Below, one piece after another: positions 1 to 8,500 of a stretch of DNA of 64,000 nt. The translations under genes were made by a program, and so were the position numbers. The first letter of the stretch is position 1, and each line of letters begins with the position of its first letter. The notes beneath the pieces were generated by a model. That model worked only from the letters and a program-made list of their open reading frames with translations. It made no database searches and was not told where the DNA came from. Source of the stretch: Piromyces finnis finn (Eukaryota > Fungi > Neocallimastigomycota); the NCBI GenBank assembly GCA_002104945.1, contig MCFH01000001.1, forward strand, positions 1,178,001-1,242,000, read 5' to 3'.

Positions 1-49
1 AATTGTATTTGACTTCCAATGGGACACCGAGCCAAAGATCAAAATTTTG

Positions 50-3000
50 TCATGGAACAAAATTATGATCTCCATTGGTTGCGCTGGCCCTCCTGGCCTG
101 TCTTACTGTTTCTTCAGCATTGACGCTCTTGGATGTTGCTTCAAACCTTTTGAACATTGTCCATTGCTGGCCAATAGCAAAAGGCATGATTTTGGTTAGA
201 AGTTCCGCGGTTACCGTCAAGAATGGTGTTCCTTCATTAGTACCAGATTGAATCTGACGCTTACAAAGTTCTTTCCATTCCCTTGAATTGTAATTAATAT
301 TGTTAAAACTTCTTCCCCCAAGAAGGAATTTAAATATTTTACTGCACACACTAGAATAATCATACACATTAATATTCACCGGATTATTAGAACTATTACT
401 ATCATTAACTAAATTACTATCTAAATTAGAATTATTATCTTCACTATTGCTATCATTACTAATATTATTATTTCTATTATTGTTATTATTACTATTGTTA
501 CTATTACTATTGTTACTATTACTATTGTTATTACTACTATTGTTACTATTACTATTAATGTTATTACTATCTCTACTGATATTATCAATTTCATTATTAT
601 TGATAGGACTATTGGAATTACGTTGACTGAAAAAATTTAATAGCTGGACTATGGAATCATAATGTTTAATAAGGATATCTCTAAATGTTGGACAATCTAA
701 TAACCAATGTTTAATACTTTGATCTCCACACTTGCAACATGGACAGTAGTTAGGACAAACTGGATCAACAAATTTGGCAGCTTTGGCAACTCTAGCATCC
801 AACTTGTATCCGCTTCTTGCTTTCAATAGCCAGTAGAAGCCATAGGCAAACTCTGGGTACTCATAACATAATTTAATAAAATCTTTAGTTTCAATAAATT
901 TATTATCATCATAATATTGCGCTTTGATTGAATTCCCTTTGAGATCTTTCCAATAAAAGTTTTTAACTGCTTTAACATCTCCATGTTTCTTTAGTTTTTT
1001 ATCAAGTGTCCTACTTGATTTGCACCACGTGTATTTTCTAAATTTAGGAATGTAATTGACAAGGTGTGAGATAATACAATTTGAGTTTTTCCATTTGTTA
1101 AAACATCTAACCTGAGCTAACGCACATTTGGCTGACAATGGAGGAATATTCAAATCTTTTGAGATAGAGTATAAAGATATAAACGATACAGCTTTATGAA
1201 CTCCGGCAACCCATCGTATTCCTTTGTTAACATGCTTCTGAGCAATCCTAGACCTAGCTTTGTTGGATCCAAGTAATGGTGCAAAGTATGAAACTCTGCT
1301 AATCACTTGTGAGTTAAGTACTAGTTTTTTGAAAGGAATAGGAATATTAGGATTTCTTAAGAATTTACTGACTGAGAAAAGTCCTTTCAAAACCTTGTTA
1401 TTAAGAGCTTTAATTACTGGTTTAAGGGACAGATTCTTATCAAATGGAACACCAAGATAAGTATAGCAATCAGTAGTTGGAATGGGTTGTCCTGCTAAGT
1501 AAAATGTTGGATCTCTCTTGTTCTGATTTTCTATTGATTCAGGACGAATCACCATCGTTGAACATTTCTGGATACCAAATTCCATTTCATTATACAGTGC
1601 CCATTCATTAACTCTTCTAAGCATCTTTTTTAAGCATCCTCTTGTTGGAGCACAAATAACTATATCATCTGCAAAAAGTCCACCACAGCATCGAGTGTCA
1701 CCTAAACTGACTCCTAGATCTTCGCACTCTCTAAATATATCATTAATAAAGAGATTAAAGAGAATAGGAGAAAGAGGGCATCCTTGACGGACTCCTTTCT
1801 TCACATCAAAAGATTTCGAGAATTGTCCATCTAATTTGACATTAGCCTTAGATGTTAAATATAAATTTTTGATAAATTGTAAACTCTTACCTCGGATTCC
1901 TAAACAATCTAATTTATGGAGAATATTACCGATTGGGACTGAATCGTATGCTTTCCTGAGATCTAAAAAGGCCAAATATGTCTCTTTATTATCTAATTGA
2001 CGTCTACGGCATATTTCTTGGATTGAAATGAAAAGACTAATACTTTCTTCCTTTTTTCGAAAACCAAATTGTTCAGGTCTAATGAAATTATTCTTTAGAC
2101 CATATTCTGAGATTCTAGTGGTGACAATTTTGGAGATCAACTTAATACCATTATTGATAAGTGATATACCTCGATAGTTATCACAATCTGTCAAATCTCC
2201 CTTCTCAGGAATAGAAACAATACTGGATTCATTCCATGAGTTGGGGAAATCTCCATCCCAAATACGGTTAAATAATTTAAGAATAAAATTTAAACCATGA
2301 GCATCATTATCTGAAGTAGTATTACCAGAAGAATTATTATCTGTAGCATTATTAGAATCATTACTTGATGGAATTAATGCTTTGTAAAATTCAATTGGAA
2401 TACCATCCGGACCTGATGCTTTATAATTTGGAGTAGAGAGGATAGCTGACTTGACTTCATCAATACTAATATCTTGGTTGATATCCCACTCATCAAGCAT
2501 AGGAAGTGAAAAACGTTTATTCATTGGTTCTTCATACCAATGCTCCAAATCAAGACTTACACCACTTGGATCTGATGCAAGATTTTCGAAATGATCATGC
2601 CACACATCTAGTTGTTCTACCGTAGCAACAACTAATTCTCCATTTTTATTTTTAATTGGTTGAGCAATAAAGAAAGAATCTTTTCCAATTTTTGCAGTTT
2701 TCTTGATCCATTTCCAGGCCTTCTTAGGATTATGACTCTTCATATACTCACATCCTGTTTTAATCCAATGAAGATATTCTTGTTTCCTAAATTCATTACA
2801 TCTTTTGTGGATGTAATCAATGAGCTTACGGTAGATTTTAATTCTTTTAATAAATTCATCTATATCATAAATTCTTTCTTTTTTAAATCTCTTATACAAC
2901 TTCATTTTGATTTTTTGAAGATTAAAAATTTGTTGTGAAATATGAAATGAAGACTTTATAACATTATTTGCTGAGGTAATACTGAGCTCGTCTGCAATTG

Positions 3001-4573
3001 AAAAAGCAGTTGAAGTAAACTCTTTGGAAAGTTCATCTGTAGAAACATTAGGATCGTTGAATTTTGCTGAAAGTATTTGGAATTTATTATGACTGAGAAT
3101 AGATTCCTTTTCCTCAATACATTTTAATCTATTCCATTTCAGAATTTTCTTAGGAACATTAAAGTCATTAGAAAAATCTTCCATAGGAATAATTTTACCA
3201 TTAATAAGAAGTGGCTTATGGTCTGATACAGGATAAAAATTATTTATAAATGATCCTGAGTGAATAAGATCTTTCATCTTCGAATTGATAAGAGCATGGT
3301 CAATGTCGGAAGATTGATCACCTCGAGTCCAAGAGATAGTCGACCCTCTAAGCGGAAGAATTTCCCAATCTCCTAATCCATTAGTTGATAACCAGTTGGA
3401 TAATTTTACTTTAGACATATTAAAATCACCAACAAGAATCGATGGATGGGATGAATGAGTTTGTAACCACAAGCGAACTTCTAACTTTGCATGATCAACA
3501 TAGATGTTGTGATGACTATGAGGCATATAAACATTTCCAATCGAGCATTTGAATCTATTCCAAAGACTAAAAGTATAAATAGAAATAATATACTTTCCAG
3601 AGAAGTTTTCAAGTGAGGCTTGACATGAATTGTGAAAACCTAAATATAAACCTCTCATTCCCGGAACTGATTCGTCAGCTTTCTTGAAAAAGTGTCTATA
3701 GTTTCGCAAAGTAACACGACAAGGATAATCTGTATTCGAACCAGAACCATTACCAGTTTCTTGGAAACATAAAAATAATGGTTTGAAAATAGCAGTGAAA
3801 TAGCTAATACTATCTCTCTTTTCGTGATTCCACCCATTGGTGTTCCAACTAAGACAAAAAGAAAAGTTATCAGGCTTGTTGGATGAGGAAGAATCGTTGC
3901 TATTATTATTATAATTAAAGTCATCGTTATTAATGGATGATGCATCAGAGGAATAAGTAGAACTATTACTAGATGGCTGTGAAACTGAAGAACTATCAAC
4001 TATTGAACTGTTATCAGAGTTGATAGAACTATTAGAATTAATTGTTGAATGTTGAGATTGAAATTGTGTTTGCTGTAGATCTGGAATATTTTCATGATGG
4101 GAAACTTGTTGAAGATCTTGTTGAAGATCTTGTTGAAGATCGGATTGTTGATGAGATTGTTGAACTGATTGTTGAAATGATTGTTGAATAGAATGTTGAT
4201 GTTTATTAGAAACTAAAATTTTACGTTTGAGAGTGGAAAAAGTGTATTTGTGATTCCTTCTACTACGAGCTGAAAAGGAAATTGATGTAACTGAAAGTTT
4301 CTTCTTTAACATGTGTAAGATTTTAATACAATCTTTTGATGAACCATGAACCTTGACTAAGAAAAAGTGATCATTGAAAGTCTGAAAATATTTAACACTA
4401 ATAACTGAATTAAATTTATCTTCTAGAATAACCTCGAGTTTTTCCCATAGCATATTTACTGACCATGATCGAATACCACGGATAAAGAAGGAGCGAATAT
4501 CATCTAAGGGGATACCATAAGACCGGGTACCACGTCTGATATAATTCTTGTCTTTAATATAAAGGACTGACAT
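50..4573 (-). CDS. LINE polyprotein, 1507 aa: N-terminal RRM-like region, Gln/Ser/Asn linker, apurinic-type endonuclease, reverse transcriptase, C-terminal CCHC knuckle, Asn-rich tract
   Basis: APE motifs SWNTNG, CFQET, LVGDFN, SDIDHAL, SDHKPL. RT motifs PGPDG-like (SGPDGIP), DNYRGISL, QFGFR, FLDLRKAYDSV, GVRQGCPLSPILF, LFADD, YTYLGV. Knuckle CCKC-x8-HWLLDC. Confidence 0.95.
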   Translation of the reverse strand: MSVLYIKDKNYIRRGTRSYGIPLDDIRSFFIRGIRSWSVNMLWEKLEVILEDKFNSVISVKYFQTFNDHFFLVKVHGSSKDCIKILHMLKKKLSVTSISFSARSRRNHKYTFSTLKRKILVSNKHQHSIQQSFQQSVQQSHQQSDLQQDLQQDLQQVSHHENIPDLQQTQFQSQHSTINSNSSINSDNSSIVDSSSVSQPSSNSSTYSSDASSINNDDFNYNNNSNDSSSSNKPDNFSFCLSWNTNGWNHEKRDSISYFTAIFKPLFLCFQETGNGSGSNTDYPCRVTLRNYRHFFKKADESVPGMRGLYLGFHNSCQASLENFSGKYIISIYTFSLWNRFKCSIGNVYMPHSHHNIYVDHAKLEVRLWLQTHSSHPSILVGDFNMSKVKLSNWLSTNGLGDWEILPLRGSTISWTRGDQSSDIDHALINSKMKDLIHSGSFINNFYPVSDHKPLLINGKIIPMEDFSNDFNVPKKILKWNRLKCIEEKESILSHNKFQILSAKFNDPNVSTDELSKEFTSTAFSIADELSITSANNVIKSSFHISQQIFNLQKIKMKLYKRFKKERIYDIDEFIKRIKIYRKLIDYIHKRCNEFRKQEYLHWIKTGCEYMKSHNPKKAWKWIKKTAKIGKDSFFIAQPIKNKNGELVVATVEQLDVWHDHFENLASDPSGVSLDLEHWYEEPMNKRFSLPMLDEWDINQDISIDEVKSAILSTPNYKASGPDGIPIEFYKALIPSSNDSNNATDNNSSGNTTSDNDAHGLNFILKLFNRIWDGDFPNSWNESSIVSIPEKGDLTDCDNYRGISLINNGIKLISKIVTTRISEYGLKNNFIRPEQFGFRKKEESISLFISIQEICRRRQLDNKETYLAFLDLRKAYDSVPIGNILHKLDCLGIRGKSLQFIKNLYLTSKANVKLDGQFSKSFDVKKGVRQGCPLSPILFNLFINDIFRECEDLGVSLGDTRCCGGLFADDIVICAPTRGCLKKMLRRVNEWALYNEMEFGIQKCSTMVIRPESIENQNKRDPTFYLAGQPIPTTDCYTYLGVPFDKNLSLKPVIKALNNKVLKGLFSVSKFLRNPNIPIPFKKLVLNSQVISRVSYFAPLLGSNKARSRIAQKHVNKGIRWVAGVHKAVSFISLYSISKDLNIPPLSAKCALAQVRCFNKWKNSNCIISHLVNYIPKFRKYTWCKSSRTLDKKLKKHGDVKAVKNFYWKDLKGNSIKAQYYDDNKFIETKDFIKLCYEYPEFAYGFYWLLKARSGYKLDARVAKAAKFVDPVCPNYCPCCKCGDQSIKHWLLDCPTFRDILIKHYDSIVQLLNFFSQRNSNSPINNNEIDNISRDSNNINSNSNNSSNNNSNSNNSNSNNSNNNNNRNNNISNDSNSEDNNSNLDSNLVNDSNSSNNPVNINVYDYSSVCSKIFKFLLGGRSFNNINYNSREWKELCKRQIQSGTNEGTPFLTVTAELLTKIMPFAIGQQWTMFKRFEATSKSVNAEETVRQARRASATNGDHNFVP

Positions 4574-5216
4574 GATAATAAATTCTAATTAAAAATATTG
4601 AATATAAAATAAATACTAATAAAAATTATAAATATAACGTATATGGAAAAAAATCTGTCTCTCTCTCTCTTCTTAAAAGTACTGGATAGAACAAAAATTG
4701 TTACGATGCTTTGTTTAAAGTTTCTTTTTTTTGAATTCTAGTTGTAAATTTTCTTTAAAAATTCTAGTTTTGGTTTGTTGTTAGTAAATTCGATTCGCTT
4801 TTTGACACTAAAATTGTTTGACTTACTTTTCATTAAATATTTAAATTGGTAAAAAATTTGAATCAAGAATGTCGACACCAGAAAGCTTGTGAATAGTATT
4901 TTTACATGATGTAGAGTGAATCAGTCTCTTACAAAAAACAATACAACAATAGCTACATGAATATAAAAATACAATGCAAATGCTAAAGTTGACTACATTG
5001 GATTCTTACAAGAGAAGAGTAGTACTACATGAATACATGAATAAAAGAAAAAAATACAGCAACAAAATGTATTACTCTTCTAATTAAATACTATACAAAC
5101 TTACCTGAGTATCAAACATTCAACTTATTCATCAAATACTTAATTCGATGAATAAAATGTTTTTTAATCGCTCAGTACCATGAGCTTAGTCCTAATAATT
5201 TTCCCTTGAAGACTAA

Positions 5217-5463
5217 CCAAGCATCCATTGCGCAATGCTTGGATTTAATTCTTTCTACTCTCTCAGTACCATGAGCATGAGTAGACCCCCTTGAGAAATT
5301 ACATTTATTAAATAAATGAAGGCACGTTCCTAAGAGGGCACCAAGCATCCATTGCGCAATACTTGGATTTAATTCTTTCTACTCTCTCAGTACCATGAGC
5401 ATGAGTAGACCCCCTTGAGAAACTACATTTATTAAATAAATGAAGGCACGTTCCCAAGAGGGA
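5217..5463 (-). repeat. Two tandem 124-bp 5'-terminal monomers of LINE copy A (5217-5340, 5341-5463); copy B has one (10998-11120)
   Basis: Direct repeat ccaagcatccattgcgcaat...gttcc(t/c)aagaggg, with 3 internal substitutions between the two units. Confidence 0.92.
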
Positions 5464-5569
5464 TTGCAACATGGACAGTAGTTAGGACAAACTGGATCAA
5501 CAAATTTGGCAGCTTTGGCAACTCTAGCATCCAACTTGTATCCGCTTCTTGCTTTCAATAGCCAGTAGA
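5464..5569 (-). mobile_element. Middle piece of an older 5'-truncated LINE copy (host of the two insertions)
   Basis: 106 bp matching element-internal positions 732-837 (encodes FYWLLKARSG...CPNYCPCCK). Confidence 0.9.
5558..5569 (+). repeat. Target-site duplication of LINE copy B, left copy (ATAGCCAGTAGA; right copy 11121-11132)
   Basis: The same 12-mer lies directly before the poly(T) and directly after the element's 5' end. The first A may belong to the element, so 11-12 bp. Confidence 0.9.
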
Positions 5570-8500
5570 TTTTTTTTTTTTTTTTTTTTTTAACGGCATC
5601 AAATATTTTAAACTTTATTATTAATTTAATTAAAATTATAATACATGTAATATAAAAATTAAAATAAAATAAAAATAAAAAAAATATGTTTAAATAAACA
5701 CAAATGAATAAAAATTGGGTATAATGTATTCTAGTAATTTTAATTAAAGTAAGAAAGCCACTATCATACTAAAGTATAATAATTGTATTTGACTTCCAAT
5801 GGGACACCGAGCCAAAGATCAAAATTTTGTCATGGAACAAAATTATGATCTCCATTGGTTGCGCTGGCCCTCCTGGCCTGTCTTACTGTTTCTTCAGCAT
5901 TGACGCTCTTGGATGTTGCTTCAAACCTTTTGAACATTGTCCATTGCTGGCCAATAGCAAAAGGCATGATTTTGGTTAGAAGTTCCGCGGTTACCGTCAA
6001 GAATGGTGTTCCTTCGTTAGTACCAGATTGAATCTGACGCTTACAAAGTTCTTTCCATTCCCTTGAATTGTAATTAATATTGTTAAAACTTCTTCCCCCA
6101 AGAAGGAATTTAAATATTTTACTGCACACACTAGAATAATCATACACATTAATATTCACCGGATTATTAGAACTATTACTATCATTAACTAAATTACTAT
6201 CTAAATTAGAATTATTATCTTCACTATTGCTATCATTACTAATATTATTATTTCTATTATTGTTATTATTACTATTGTTACTATTACTATTGTTACTATT
6301 ACTATTGTTATTACTACTATTGTTACTATTACTATTAATGTTATTACTATCTCTACTGATATTATCAATTTCATTATTATTGATAGGACTATTGGAATTA
6401 CGTTGACTGAAAAAATTTAATAGCTGGACTATAGAATCATAATGTTTAATACGGATATCTCTAAATGTTGTACAATCTAATAACCAATGTTTAATACTTT
6501 GATCTCCACACTTGCAACATGGACAGTAGTTAGGACAAACTGGATCAACAAATTTGGCAGCTTTGGCAACTCTAGCATCCAACTTATATCCGCTTCTTGC
6601 TTTCAATAGCCAGTAGAAGCCATAGGCAAACTCTGGGTACTCATAACATAATTTAATAAAATCTTTAGTTTCAATAAATTTATTATCATCATAATATTGC
6701 GCTTTGATTGAATTCCCTTTGAGATCTTTCCAATAAAAGTTTTTAACTGCTTTAACATCTCCATGTTTCTTTAATTTTTTATCAAGTGTCCTACTTGATT
6801 TGCACCACGTGTATTTTCTAAATTTAGGAATGTAATTGACAAGGTGTGAGATAATACAATTTGAGTTTTTCCATTTGTTAAAACATCTAACCTGAGCTAA
6901 CGCACATTTGGCTGACAATGGAGGAATATTCAAATCTTTTGAAATAGAGTATAAAGATATAAACGATACAGCTTTATGAACTCCGGCAACCCATCGTATT
7001 CCTTTGTTAACATGCTTCTGAGCAATCCTAGACCTAGCTTTGTTGGATCCAAGTAATGGTGCAAAGTATGAAACTCTGCTAATCACTTGTGAGTTAAGTA
7101 CTAGTTTTTTGAAAGGAATAGGAATATTAGGATTTCTTAAGAATTTACTGACTGAGAAAAGCCCTTTCAAAACCTTGTTATTAAGAGCTTTAATTACTGG
7201 TTTAAGGGACAGATTCTTATCAAATGGAACACCAAGATAAGTATAACAATCAGTAGTTGGAATGGGTTGTCCTGCTAAGTAAAATGTTGGATCTCTCTTG
7301 TTCTGATTTTCTATTGATTCAGGACGAATCACCATCGTTGAACATTTCTGGATACCAAATTCCATTTCATTATACAATGCCCATTCATTAACTCTTCTAA
7401 GCATCTTTTTTAAGCATCCTCTTGTTGGAGCACAAATAACTATATCATCTGCAAAAAGTCCACCACAGCATCGAGTGTCACCTAAACTGACTCCTAGATC
7501 TTCGCACTCTCTAAATATATCATTAATAAAGAGATTAAAGAGAATAGGAGAAAGAGGGCAACCTTGACGGACTCCTTTCTTCACATCAAAAGATTTCGAG
7601 AATTGTCCATCTAATTTGACATTAGCCTTAGATGTTAAATATAAATTTTTGATAAATTGTAGACTCTTACCTCGGATTCCTAAACAATCTAATTTATGGA
7701 GAATATTACCGATTGGGACTGAATCGTATGCTTTCCTGAGATCTAAAAAGGCCAAATATGTCTCTTTATTATCTAATTGACGTCTACGGCATATTTCTTG
7801 GATTGAAATGAAAAGACTAATACTTTCTTCCTTTTTTCGAAAACCAAATTGTTCAGGTCTAATGAAATTATTCTTTAAACCATATTCTGAGATTCTAGTG
7901 GTGACAATTTTGGAAATCAACTTAATACCATTATTGATAAGTGATATACCTCGATAGTTATCACAATCTGTCAAATCACCCTTCTTAGGAATAGAAACAA
8001 TACTGGATTCATTCCATGAGTTGGGGAAATCTCCATCCCAAATACGGTTGAATAATTTAAGAATAAAATTTAAACCATGAGCATCATTATCTGAAGTGGT
8101 ATTACCAGAAGAATTATTATCTGTAGCATTATTAGAATCATTACTTGATGGAACTAATGCTTTGTAAAATTCAATTGGAATACCATCCGGACCTGATGCT
8201 TTATAATTTGGAGTAGTGAGGATAGCTGACTTGACTTCATCAATACTAATATCTTGGTTGATATCCCACTCATCAAGCATAGGAAGTGAAAAACGTTTAT
8301 TCGTTGGTTCTTCATACCAATGCTCCAAATCAAGACTTACACCACTTGGGTCTGATGCAAGATTTTCGAAATGATCATGCCACACATCTAGTTGTTCTTC
8401 TGTAGCAACAACTAATTCTCCATTTTTATTTTTAATTGGTTGAGCAATAAAGAAAGAATCTTTTCCTATTTTTGCAGTTTTCTTGATCCATTTCCAGGCC

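Larger units (their letters stand above)
1..5463 (-). mobile_element. Non-LTR retrotransposon (LINE), copy A; intact 5' end, 3' UTR/poly(A) runs off the left edge of the window
   Basis: Near-identical to 5781-11120 at an offset of ~5780 bp. Carries an intact APE-RT-CCHC ORF. The 5' end has two copies of a 124-bp terminal monomer. Confidence 0.95.

Noticed and set aside
5171-5463. CRISPR-like repeat array
   Set aside because: Eukaryotic context, whole units repeat with no unique spacers, and there are no cas genes.
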